The notes under the pieces are model-generated. The model saw nothing but the letters and a program-made list of their open reading frames with translations. It had not been told where the DNA came from and ran no database searches. A DNA stretch of 64,000 bases, taken from IMG/VR virus record IMGVR_UViG_3300018422_000001, positions 1 through 64,000 of that record; one strand, 5' to 3'. This DNA is from a virus. The translations under genes were made by a program, and so were the position numbers. Of this stretch, positions 6,317 through 14,421 are shown piece after piece. Positions within the stretch are counted from its first letter, which is position 1. Every line of letters begins with the position of its first letter.

Positions 6317-6625
6317 ATGGACAGCGTGAGCAAGACGGGTCTCGCGAAAGCGCGCAAGGTGGCGAGAGCCGAGCGAGCGAACTACGAGGCGGCGAGATGG
6401 GCTGCTCTCGCAGCGGGCCGACAGGCGCGAGCCCGCAAGACCGGCAGAGCCCGCATGATCCGAGAAGACGCTCTTGATGCAGCGCTCGAGGCCCGGATCA
6501 CGATGAAACATTACGCGGCGGTGCTCGCTCGAATGCTCGCTCTCCCGGTCGAGCCTTTCGCGGGCCGGAACAGCCCCGCGGCGATCGCGCGGCTGCGAGC
6601 GAGCGGCCGACTCGATCCAGCGTGA
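6317..6625 (+). CDS. small early protein, Arg/Ala-rich (102 aa, MDSVSKTG...)
   Basis: ORF track. Leaderless-type start. Confidence 0.55.
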   Translation: MDSVSKTGLAKARKVARAERANYEAARWAALAAGRQARARKTGRARMIREDALDAALEARITMKHYAAVLARMLALPVEPFAGRNSPAAIARLRASGRLDPA

Positions 6626-6630
6626 TCCGC

Positions 6631-6658
6631 TTGACTGTACACGCATCCGGGGTACAAT
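6631..6658 (+). promoter_or_regulatory. canonical sigma-70-type promoter TTGACT-16 nt-TACAAT
   Basis: TTGACT 6631..6636, TACAAT 6653..6658. The predicted TSS near 6665/6666 coincides with an in-frame GTG 6666. Confidence 0.6.
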
Positions 6659-6953
6659 GAATGCTGTGACTCCGACCGAAGTAGTCGTCTCGAAAGAAGC
6701 GCAAAAGGATCTTCGAACGGTACCGAAGCAAGTGGCGCGAAAGTTCGAGCAGTGGCGTCTTGCGATTTTGGTCGATGGTCTCGAAGAGACGCGGAAGATC
6801 CCGGGGTACCACGATGAGCCGCTTGCGGGAGATCTCGCGGGAACACGCTCGGTCCGACTGAGCGGCGCCTATCGCGCTTACTACCGGATCGAGGACGGCG
6901 AGATTCGGCTTGTCAGAGTCACGGGCGTTGACAAACACCGGTATCGGAAGTGA
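6657..6953 (+). CDS. RelE/ParE-superfamily (HigB-like) toxin (start ATG 6657 or, more likely, GTG 6666)
   Basis: GYHDEPLAGDLAGTRSVRLSGAYRAYYRIEDGEIRLVRVTGVDKHRY matches the RelE/ParE C-terminal pattern. Toxin-first order with a downstream XRE HTH. Confidence 0.7.
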   Translation: MNAVTPTEVVVSKEAQKDLRTVPKQVARKFEQWRLAILVDGLEETRKIPGYHDEPLAGDLAGTRSVRLSGAYRAYYRIEDGEIRLVRVTGVDKHRYRK

Positions 6954-6960
6954 GGAACCC

Positions 6961-7407
6961 ATGACTGCGAAGAAGAAAGCAACGAAGGTCAGACCGGGCG
7001 ATCGCGAGGCTGGCGAGTTCATGGATGAACTTTTGGGAGGCCCGCTCACGTTCGGCGCAATGGTTCGCTCGACTCGGCTAACCGACAACTTCACTCTCGC
7101 AACATTCGCGAAGAAGCTCGGTGTGTCGCGACAGTTTGTGTGCGATGTCGAGCAGGGGCGTCGCAGCGTTTCGGCTGCTACCGCTGCAAAGTGGGCTTCG
7201 TTGCTCGGCTACTCAGAAGCCGTGTGGATCGGGCTCGCGTTGCAGGATGGCATTGACGCGTCTGGTCTCAAGTATCGAGTGCATGTGACACCTGGATTCG
7301 ACTTCAATCGCTCGACAGGGCGCGGCCCGAAGGGCTTGCGCAAGGCTCTCGAGATCATGAGAGCGTCGAAGCGAGGTCGACCGCGTCAGCTCGAGGCTAC
7401 GAAATGA
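6961..7407 (+). CDS. XRE-family HTH antitoxin (HigA-like)
   Basis: GAGGAA SD before ATG 6961. FTLATFAKKLGVSRQFVCDVEQGRRSVSAATAAKWASLLG is an XRE helix-turn-helix. Confidence 0.7.
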   Translation: MTAKKKATKVRPGDREAGEFMDELLGGPLTFGAMVRSTRLTDNFTLATFAKKLGVSRQFVCDVEQGRRSVSAATAAKWASLLGYSEAVWIGLALQDGIDASGLKYRVHVTPGFDFNRSTGRGPKGLRKALEIMRASKRGRPRQLEATK

Positions 7408-8444
7408 GCACGCCAGCGAACATGTTCGATGCTTCGAGGCTCAGTGCGAGTCGTGCCTTGCTGTTTTCCAAAGCATGGTTGAGCGATCCGATTCCGACGG
7501 CGACGAGGCTCGCGACCGAGATCTGCCGAATGTCGCGGATCTCTCTCGCGGATCCGAATGATCCCGAAACCAGTGCGGCCTATCACACGATCATGATGAA
7601 TACGCTCATCGTTGGTCGATGGGCTATGGCAGGGCTTCCGGTCGTGACGCTCGGACATCGCACGGCGGCGGCTTTGATGGCCACACGAATCAAGCCCGAC
7701 GATGCCGAGGAGTTCGTGCGAGCCCCGTGGCCCGCATTCGCGATCCGGTTGCCGGTGCCGATGCTCACGGTCGACGACGAGGGCGTGTTGCGAGATGCCA
7801 ACCTCGTGCTCGTGACGAGTATCCCTCGAGAGCAAGTCGGACCGAACGATGAGCTACAAGGCGGCGATCGATGGTGGTACAAGCTCGTAGCGGTCGATCA
7901 CGAGCCTCTGCCCGGGTCCGAGCGAATGCCGCCCGACATGATCGGGTTTCTCGGTGGCCTCAATCTGTGGGGCTTCAACACGCCGACTCGGTATCTCGCA
8001 ACGGCCGACTCGAGCGACGAAGAAGGTTGGACTCGGTGGGGCTTGCGCGAGACGATCTCGAGCGACCAACGCTCGGATCAGATGGCTCGCTCGCTGATCA
8101 TCGCGTGCTGTCTGTATCTCAGCGGCGATCCGCTCTCGAGGGCCGCTCGAGGCGAGGGCGAGAGCAAGGTCACGATCACGACTCGCTCTCGCTCGCAGCG
8201 CGACGGCGACGAGCTGCCCGGCTACACCGAGCACGAGATCCGATCGGCGATCACGATCAACCTGCATCATGCGATTCGCGACTACGTGCATCACGGCGGT
8301 GGAACACCTGCAGTGCAGACGCTCGTCGCGGGGCATTGGAAGCGACAGGCGTTCGGCACCGGCCGGACCGAGCGGCGGATCATCCACGTGCATCCCTACT
8401 GGCGCGGCCCGATCGACGCGCCGGTCTCGACTCGAATCAAGTGA
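7404..8444 (+). CDS. hypothetical protein, 346 aa, translationally coupled to the antitoxin
   Basis: ORF track. ATGA overlap with 6961..7407. No motif recognised. Confidence 0.6.
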   Translation: MSTPANMFDASRLSASRALLFSKAWLSDPIPTATRLATEICRMSRISLADPNDPETSAAYHTIMMNTLIVGRWAMAGLPVVTLGHRTAAALMATRIKPDDAEEFVRAPWPAFAIRLPVPMLTVDDEGVLRDANLVLVTSIPREQVGPNDELQGGDRWWYKLVAVDHEPLPGSERMPPDMIGFLGGLNLWGFNTPTRYLATADSSDEEGWTRWGLRETISSDQRSDQMARSLIIACCLYLSGDPLSRAARGEGESKVTITTRSRSQRDGDELPGYTEHEIRSAITINLHHAIRDYVHHGGGTPAVQTLVAGHWKRQAFGTGRTERRIIHVHPYWRGPIDAPVSTRIK

Positions 8445-8613
8445 CCAAGATCGGTGGCTCGACGCAACCTCGTGAGTAAGGTCTCGGACGATGTGGCGGC
8501 ATGGTACGCGGGGAGATCCCGCGGCGCCTCTGTCAGGTGGGTCATGAAACACCGTCGCATCGTTCTCGGCTGGCCAACGCAGGCGATCGACTTGCGGTGA
8601 ATCAGAGGGCCCC

Positions 8614-8633
8614 GTGTGGCCCCGGGATTACAC
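8614..8633. repeat. 18-bp palindrome family copy a (GTGTGGCCCCGGGATTACAC)
   Basis: Member of the TGTGGCCCCGGGGYYACA family, 6 copies in the window, intergenic. Confidence 0.8.
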
Positions 8634-8664
8634 GCTCGGTTACCCTCCCGAGAGAGGTGACACC

Positions 8665-9363
8665 ATGAGCAAGGATCTGCGGTCGGTCAACGAAGTGAAT
8701 GCCGTAGGCGATCGCGTGTTCGGCGATCCCGGTACGACTCAGCGTGAATGCGGAACGGTCGTCGAGGTCGACAAGACGACTCGACGATGCCGAGTGGAGT
8801 GGGATTCGGGGCTTACGACGTATGCGGAACACGACAGCCTCGAGCCAGAGGACCTCGGCAAGGTCGCTCGTCGGCCGCTCGTGCGAGCGGGCAACGTGCT
8901 CAAAGACAAGGCAGTCGAGAACGCCGGGCCGGTAGCGACACCGAGCGCGACGAAGCCGCGTGAGGTTCTAGGCGGCACGGTACAGGTCTCGGTCGGCGAG
9001 GTCCCGGCAGTCGGCGACGAGTCGGGTCTGCCGCCCGTGCAGCTCTCGAATAGGCGTGTCTCAGAGAGGCCGCGCAGCGAGGTCGAGGCCGATCAGCGCA
9101 ATCAGAATCTCGACGCGCGCGAGAAGCTCGAGGCCGACCCGCGCGATCGAGACGAGAACGACGAGACCGCGCCCGCGAAGGTCGAGACCGACGGCAACGT
9201 TCAGGCGCGCGAGACGCCCGACGGCGTGCAAGTGCGGAACACCCCGGAGGCGCAGCCGCTCGGGCACGTCTCGATCGAAAAAGACGACGAGAGTGACGAC
9301 GAAGACGACGACGAGAGCACAACCGTAGTCGACGCGTCCAAGAAGCACGCCTCGACCGAATAG
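8665..9363 (+). CDS. acidic hypothetical protein (232 aa)
   Basis: In-frame ATG 8665 with GAGAGG upstream. Asp/Glu-rich C-terminal half. Confidence 0.6.
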   Translation: MSKDLRSVNEVNAVGDRVFGDPGTTQRECGTVVEVDKTTRRCRVEWDSGLTTYAEHDSLEPEDLGKVARRPLVRAGNVLKDKAVENAGPVATPSATKPREVLGGTVQVSVGEVPAVGDESGLPPVQLSNRRVSERPRSEVEADQRNQNLDAREKLEADPRDRDENDETAPAKVETDGNVQARETPDGVQVRNTPEAQPLGHVSIEKDDESDDEDDDESTTVVDASKKHASTE

Positions 9364-9520
9364 GGTTGAGAGAGTTCGGCTCGTTGCCGGTAGAGTGGAC
9401 CGGCCAAACCACGAACGAGCCTATCCCACGATTCAACCCGGGCCGTGTGGCGAGACGAACAACATGGGTGACAGTCGGGAGAGACCGGCATTCAACTTGA
9501 ATGCAGCGTAGGAGCCTATC

Positions 9521-9823
9521 TTGCACGCTACTGGTCGTCACTGTCACATGAGCGAAGCCATGTCGAGCGACCAAGCAAGCAACGTCATCCGGGCTCTAGC
9601 AAGCGCGTGGTGCCTACTCATGGTGCTCGGCATACTCGCGGGCGTGCTGCGGCAGCTCGACGGCTCTGCGAGCCTCGAGCGGCGCTCTGCGGCCATGATC
9701 GAGCCCGAGCCAGAAGACCTGCGACGGGCTCGACGTCGGATCCGATCTCAAGCGGTGGTCAATGCTCGCCTCGCACCCGAACAAGGTGCGAGCGAGGTGA
9801 CTGCACATGAGGATCGACGCTGA
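9521..9823 (+). CDS. small membrane-associated hypothetical protein
   Basis: TTG 9521 six nt after GGAG. Hydrophobic stretch ALASAWCLLMVLGILAGVL. Confidence 0.45.
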   Translation: MHATGRHCHMSEAMSSDQASNVIRALASAWCLLMVLGILAGVLRQLDGSASLERRSAAMIEPEPEDLRRARRRIRSQAVVNARLAPEQGASEVTAHEDRR

Positions 9824-10442
9824 CCGGTTTCCGCTCGCTTGGCCCGCTGACTGGCCACGCACGACACGACGCGAAAACACCGCTCGCTACAGCCTTTCGT
9901 TCGATGCGAGTCGCGAGCGGTTAGTCCGACACTTGAAGATGCTCGGTGCGACCGAGTTCGTTCTCTCGACGAATGTTCCGCTCCGCAAGGACGGCTTTCC
10001 GAGAACGACGACCGAGCCGCACGATCCGGGCGTTGCTGTGTATTGGGTCGAGGCGTACTCGCAACCCGCGAACGGTAAACCTGCGACTCGAGCGTATCGA
10101 TCGAAGGTGATCGCCTGCGACCACTGGTCTCGAGTGCGTGACAACTTGCGTGCGTGCGGCATGGCGATCGAAGCGCTGCGAGCGCTGCAGCGCTCGGGCG
10201 CGACTCAGGTGATCGACCGCGTGTTCACGGGCTTCGCGGCGTTACCAGCGACCGCGAGTAAGAGCAGTTGGCGAACGGTGCTCGAGATCGGTCCAGAGAT
10301 CACGCGCATCTCTCCCGAGTTGCTGAAGGACGCCTACTTTACGGCGTCACTCGTAGCGCATCCGGATCGAGGCGGCAGCCACGACGATCAAGCACGCGTC
10401 AATCAAGCCTACGCAGATGCACGTCGAGAGCTTGGCCTATGA
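9807..10442 (+). CDS. J-domain (DnaJ-like HPD motif) protein
   Basis: C-terminal LLKDAYFTASLVAHPDRGGSHDDQARVNQAYADARREL. Confidence 0.7.
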   Translation: MRIDADRFPLAWPADWPRTTRRENTARYSLSFDASRERLVRHLKMLGATEFVLSTNVPLRKDGFPRTTTEPHDPGVAVYWVEAYSQPANGKPATRAYRSKVIACDHWSRVRDNLRACGMAIEALRALQRSGATQVIDRVFTGFAALPATASKSSWRTVLEIGPEITRISPELLKDAYFTASLVAHPDRGGSHDDQARVNQAYADARRELGL

Positions 10443-10897
10443 TCGAGCGCGGACAGATCTCGTGCGCGCGCTTGGGTTGCTTCAACGTGTTTGCGCCGGA
10501 CCGGTCGTCGCAACGCTACTGCTCGCGTCGCTGTCTGAATCGCAGACGCAACGCAGAGCCGCTCGACGAGCGCGCGTGCAAGACGTGCTCGCGACTGTTC
10601 CGCCCGCGGACGGTGCAAGGTCTCTACTGCAGCCCACGGTGTCAGGTCTCAGCGGCACAAAAAGCTTACGAGCGAAGGCGCCGGCTACCGCTACCCGAGA
10701 AGAGCGAGCCCGAGCGCACCGGTGTTCCCCGAACCGTTTCGCTCGATGCAGACGTGTTTGCAGAGCTGGAGTTCCAGGCCGAGCGATTGGATCGCTCGGT
10801 GTCTTGGATCGTCTCGCGTTGTTTAGACATCGCGATGCCGTCGATCTACGAGCTGCCCACGCTACCCCAACCCGAGATCTGGAGACGATCGCGATGA
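10439..10897 (+). CDS. Zn-finger plus ribbon-helix-helix (CopG-like) DNA-binding protein
   Basis: ATGA-coupled start 10439. Three CxxC-type pairs, then VSLDADVFAELEFQAERLDRSVSWIVSRCL. Confidence 0.55.
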   Translation: MIERGQISCARLGCFNVFAPDRSSQRYCSRRCLNRRRNAEPLDERACKTCSRLFRPRTVQGLYCSPRCQVSAAQKAYERRRRLPLPEKSEPERTGVPRTVSLDADVFAELEFQAERLDRSVSWIVSRCLDIAMPSIYELPTLPQPEIWRRSR

Positions 10898-11142
10898 GCC
10901 AGACGAATGTCGAATGTCACGAGTGCGGCGCACTCACGGATGTGCGGCACGCCGCGTGTTTGCCGGCAACAGCTCTCGCGGGTCGTCTATGCGATGAGTG
11001 CATGGAGCGAGTTTGTAAGGGTCTGGCGCGTCTTCGAGCCGATCACGAGCGGCTTCTCGTTGAAGGCGTGCATCCGGACATCGCATCGCGTCGTCTGTGC
11101 GTGTCAGTAGCCCGCGGAGAGTACGATGAACCGCACGAGTAA
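10894..11142 (+). CDS. small Cys-rich hypothetical protein (82 aa)
   Basis: ATGA-coupled start. CHECG...CDEC. Confidence 0.5.
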   Translation: MSQTNVECHECGALTDVRHAACLPATALAGRLCDECMERVCKGLARLRADHERLLVEGVHPDIASRRLCVSVARGEYDEPHE

Positions 11143-11371
11143 ACCCGCAGAGCCCGAAGAGATGAGCCCGTTTTGCTCGAGACTCGAATCGGCAGCCGTC
11201 AGGCTCGAAGGGCTCAGGTCACGATCGAGCCCGACGGTCGCCATGGACATCTTGCGTGAGATCGTCGCCATTCGCGAGGCTGCGACACGTCTCGAGGGAA
11301 CACCCTGTCACGCATGCTTCGCGCGCCCTTCAGACAAGTGCCGATGGTGCGCGGGCACGGGGGCTCTATGA
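11126..11371 (+). CDS. small hypothetical protein (81 aa)
   Basis: ORF track. C-terminal CHACFARPSDKCRWCAGTG. Confidence 0.5.
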   Translation: MNRTSKPAEPEEMSPFCSRLESAAVRLEGLRSRSSPTVAMDILREIVAIREAATRLEGTPCHACFARPSDKCRWCAGTGAL

Positions 11372-11604
11372 GTGCGATCGGTGGCCTCGGTGTCTTCGCG
11401 TTCTATCGCGGGCAGTTCGGTCTGCAGCACGGCACGCGTCGACCGATTCTCTTCACTGGCATCACGATCGGCTGGTTTGCGATCGGGCGCTTCAAGCTCG
11501 ACCGCGAGTGGCAGCCCGCGCCGCGACCCTCGTACGACTTCGGCGAGATGGAGATCGCAGACGAGCTTGATCGAGAGGCACTCGAGCGAGAGGGGCGGTC
11601 GTGA
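11368..11604 (+). CDS. small membrane protein (78 aa)
   Basis: ATGA-coupled start. Hydrophobic segments GGLGVFAFY and ILFTGITIGWFAI. Confidence 0.5.
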   Translation: MSAIGGLGVFAFYRGQFGLQHGTRRPILFTGITIGWFAIGRFKLDREWQPAPRPSYDFGEMEIADELDREALEREGRS

Positions 11605-11846
11605 TCGACGTCAAACTCAGCGACGAAGACATTGAACGGATCGCTCAACGCGTGACCGATCTGCTCGCTCGAAAGCTACTGGGAAGACTGGCGAAATTCG
11701 CAGGCGGGCTAGTCGCCAATGATGCAGAGGGCGCCCCTATCGGGGACACCTCCCGTGTTGCCAAAGTCGAGCGGCGTGCCAATGTCCAGCCGACCGCGCA
11801 GGATTTTGCTGACGTTGCGGCGCGGCGAGCAAGAAGAGGTTGTTGA
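11601..11846 (+). CDS. small hypothetical protein (81 aa)
   Basis: GTGA-coupled start. ORF track. Confidence 0.45.
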   Translation: MIDVKLSDEDIERIAQRVTDLLARKLLGRLAKFAGGLVANDAEGAPIGDTSRVAKVERRANVQPTAQDFADVAARRARRGC

Positions 11847-11848
11847 CG

Positions 11849-13162
11849 ATGCCACGAAAACAAACGGGTTCAGTCGAGAAAAGAGGCGGTCGGTTTCGCG
11901 CACGACTTGGCCGAGAAGTGCTCGGCACATTCGATACAGAAGACGAAGCGGATCGGAAGATCATCGCGGCGCAAGTGATGAACAAGGGCGTTACGCCCGA
12001 CATGTTTTGCATCAAGGGCGAGAAGTACATGAAGAACGAAGAGCTGCTCGCGCGTACGCGTCGAGGCAACTCGAAGATGTGGCAGAAGGAGGTCTCGCTT
12101 TGGGCTCGGCACATTCGCACGAGCAAGATTTATCGAATGAACGTGAAGAGCATTCAACGCGAGCACGTTCAAGATCTGCTCGAGAAGGTCGCGCAAACAC
12201 GCGCCGTGCGAATCGAGCCGAAGGTTGGTGGTGGATTCGATATCGTCGAAACGGATCGATTCTGCGGTGAGCGCACGATCAAACGTGTTCGCAGTCGTCT
12301 GTCGCACTTCTTCGATCGATGCCGTGGCTTGAAGAGCAACCCAGCGCTGCGTTGTCCGATTCCCAACACGACACAGATCAAGATTCGTCACGACTCGGAT
12401 CAGAAGCCTCACTTGCATGCAGACGAGGTCGTTCGTTTGTTCGATCTGCTCGAGATGACAGACGAGCATCGTGCTGTGTACGCGTTCGGGATTTACGCCG
12501 GGCTTCGTATCGACGAGATCGTTGGTCTGCGATGGGAGAACATTCTTCGGCTCGACAGCGACGATCCCGAGCTTGCGATCCAGTTCAGCTACGACGCGCC
12601 GACCAAAACGCAAAGCTCGCAGAGAGGAATCCCGATGCTGCCGCAGCTCGTGAAAGAGCTTCGGGCGTATCGTGCCTCGTTGCCCTCTACGCCGATCGCT
12701 GGCGTTGTGTTCCCTGGCAAGGATGGCTCGGTGAGGTCGATCGGTTACTCGGCTCGTTGGGCTGACAAGCGGTACAGGAACGAAAACGGAGAGTGGCGAG
12801 TGCGGGTCGGTTACCGAACGCTCGCTGGCATTCGCAAGCACATCTTGTTTCGGCATGTCCGGCATACGTGCGCGACTCATTTGCTCAAGGGCACATTCAC
12901 GCACGGGCACGAATGGCCGATCGAGAAAGTCTCGCAGTTGCTCGGGCACGAAGACGTGTCGACGACGATCGAACACTACGCCTCGAGAGAGGTCGACCGA
13001 CTGCACTCGGAGGTCGCGAAGGGCAAGCGCAAAGCCGAGCGAGAGCAGAGGCGCGTAGCCTCGGCTCGGTTGCTCGAGGATGGCTCAGACGAGCCCCGCA
13101 AGCCGAGGTCGATCTCTGGCAAGAAACCGGGCCGGAAAAACCCCACGAAAAACCCCAGGTGA
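11849..13162 (+). CDS. int: tyrosine recombinase / phage integrase
   Basis: GLRIDEIVGLRWENI, HVRHTCATHLLKG and LLGHEDVSTTIEHYA (R, HxxR and Y motifs). GAGG 9 nt before ATG 11849. Confidence 0.9.
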   Translation: MPRKQTGSVEKRGGRFRARLGREVLGTFDTEDEADRKIIAAQVMNKGVTPDMFCIKGEKYMKNEELLARTRRGNSKMWQKEVSLWARHIRTSKIYRMNVKSIQREHVQDLLEKVAQTRAVRIEPKVGGGFDIVETDRFCGERTIKRVRSRLSHFFDRCRGLKSNPALRCPIPNTTQIKIRHDSDQKPHLHADEVVRLFDLLEMTDEHRAVYAFGIYAGLRIDEIVGLRWENILRLDSDDPELAIQFSYDAPTKTQSSQRGIPMLPQLVKELRAYRASLPSTPIAGVVFPGKDGSVRSIGYSARWADKRYRNENGEWRVRVGYRTLAGIRKHILFRHVRHTCATHLLKGTFTHGHEWPIEKVSQLLGHEDVSTTIEHYASREVDRLHSEVAKGKRKAEREQRRVASARLLEDGSDEPRKPRSISGKKPGRKNPTKNPR

Positions 13163-13175
13163 TTTGACCATACGT

Positions 13176-13274
13176 CCCAAGTGTGCGAAAAGATGGGCCT
13201 GCGCCCATAGCTCAGCTGGATAGAGCGTCGGTCTTCGGAACCGACGGACCGCCGAATGATTTCGCACACTTGGG
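13176..13274. other. candidate attP-like structure: perfect 15-bp inverted repeat (13176..13190 / 13260..13274) bracketing a tRNA fragment
   Basis: CCCAAGTGTGCGAAA and TTTCGCACACTTGGG are exact reverse complements. Located 14 nt after the integrase stop. Confidence 0.6.
13201..13249 (+). pseudogene. tRNA-Arg-like 5' fragment (acceptor strand, D-arm, anticodon arm with UCG; no canonical T-arm)
   Basis: GCGCCCA TA GCTC AGCTGGATA GAGC G TCGGT CTTCGGA ACCGA folds as the 5' two-thirds of a tRNA. The downstream sequence lacks a 5-bp/7-nt T-arm. Confidence 0.6.
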
Positions 13275-13475
13275 TGTCACTTGTACCTAGGCGGGGTTTT
13301 TCAGGGCCCTACGAGCCTCTAGGCGCCCTCGAGAAGCTCGATGCAGAGCGACCTAGCAGCCCGGTCCAGAGCGGCCCGCTGGCGTGCCTGAGAGCCGCGC
13401 GATAGGCGCTGCGAGAGCGCTCTCGAGGGTGCGGCGGGCAGGGCTTCTCGAGAGGCTCAGGCCAATAGGTCTGGC

Positions 13476-14084
13476 ATGCGACATCGCGTCAGACGCTCGC
13501 CCGATCTCACCGAGCCGCTCGAGAAGCCCGCGGCGAAACCCAAGCGGGTCGACTACCGATCCGAGAGGCTTGCGCTTCAAGGCGCAAGGGCCCGCTGCGA
13601 GCATCGCGGCAACAAGGATTTTGCCGACTACGGGGCCCGCGGGATCCGAGTTGCTACGCAGTGGAGAGGCCGTTACGGTTTCGACGAGTTCATTGCTCAC
13701 ATCGGGCCGAAGCCGACGCCCCGACACACTCTCGACCGGATCGACAACGAGCGCGGATACGAGCCGGGGAACGTTCGTTGGGCATCGTGGATCGAGCAAG
13801 CCAACAACCGACGATCGTCGCGGCTCATTGCTTGGCGCGGCGAGACGCTCACGGCTGCGAATTGGGCGCGACGACTTGGCGTCCGCCGACAAGACGTCAG
13901 CAACCGAATGAATCGAGGATGGCCGCTCGAGTTGGTGCTCAACCCGAGCCCGACCCTGTCAGAGCAACTTCTCGTGGTGGCCGACTTCATCGGCAGCACG
14001 ATCGATCCGAGTGCGCCGAGTGATTGGAAGTTGCGACTCGTGCAAGCGTGCCTCATTGCAGCCGAGCAGTTGAGCGACACCTGA
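13476..14084 (+). CDS. HNH-type endonuclease-like DNA-binding protein
   Basis: HTLDRIDNERGYEPGNVRWASWIEQANNRR motif. Confidence 0.55.
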   Translation: MRHRVRRSPDLTEPLEKPAAKPKRVDYRSERLALQGARARCEHRGNKDFADYGARGIRVATQWRGRYGFDEFIAHIGPKPTPRHTLDRIDNERGYEPGNVRWASWIEQANNRRSSRLIAWRGETLTAANWARRLGVRRQDVSNRMNRGWPLELVLNPSPTLSEQLLVVADFIGSTIDPSAPSDWKLRLVQACLIAAEQLSDT

Positions 14085-14135
14085 TCCGAAGATTGGGCTT
14101 CTCCCGAGCCCGTCTCGAGGGCTACCGTCGGGCCC

Positions 14136-14396
14136 ATGGGCAGCCCTCGAAGAGACGACAGCATCGCGCCCGGATTCGGTGCGCGTGTTCGAGAAGCACG
14201 AGAGCGGCTATGGATGTCGCAAGCCGCTCTCGGTGAGGCGATCGGCGGCGACACGGCGACCATCTATCGGACCGAGGCTGGCGACAATCTGCCGCAGCTC
14301 GCAACGTTCGCAGCCATGTGCATCGCGCTCGACGTCACGTCTGACTTTCTGTTGTTCGGCGAGAGCGGTCGACCTCGAGTCATGGTGAAACGCTAG
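14136..14396 (+). CDS. XRE-family HTH regulator (Cro/CI-like)
   Basis: FGARVREARERLWMSQAALGEAIGGDTATIYRTEAG. Confidence 0.7.
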   Translation: MGSPRRDDSIAPGFGARVREARERLWMSQAALGEAIGGDTATIYRTEAGDNLPQLATFAAMCIALDVTSDFLLFGESGRPRVMVKR

Positions 14397-14397
14397 C

Positions 14398-14417
14398 GTG
14401 TGGCCCCGGGGCTACAC
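14398..14417. repeat. 18-bp palindrome family copy b (GTGTGGCCCCGGGGCTACAC)
   Basis: Lies between convergent genes 14136..14396 and 14422..14733. Confidence 0.8.
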
Positions 14418-14421
14418 GCGA

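Noticed and set aside
9364-9520. A possible small RNA or promoter in the 157-bp gap (contains TAGAGT at about 9391).
   Set aside because: There is no Box A or Box B context, no clear -35 element, no terminator-like hairpin and no second copy elsewhere. The evidence is insufficient to call a feature.
13201-13277. An intact tRNA-Arg gene.
   Set aside because: The acceptor 5' strand, D-arm and anticodon arm are fine. However, the following 26 nt cannot form a 5-bp/7-nt T-arm with a TTCGAAT-type loop, and the acceptor 3' strand would need two G-U pairs. It is treated as a fragment or att-like remnant pending tRNAscan.
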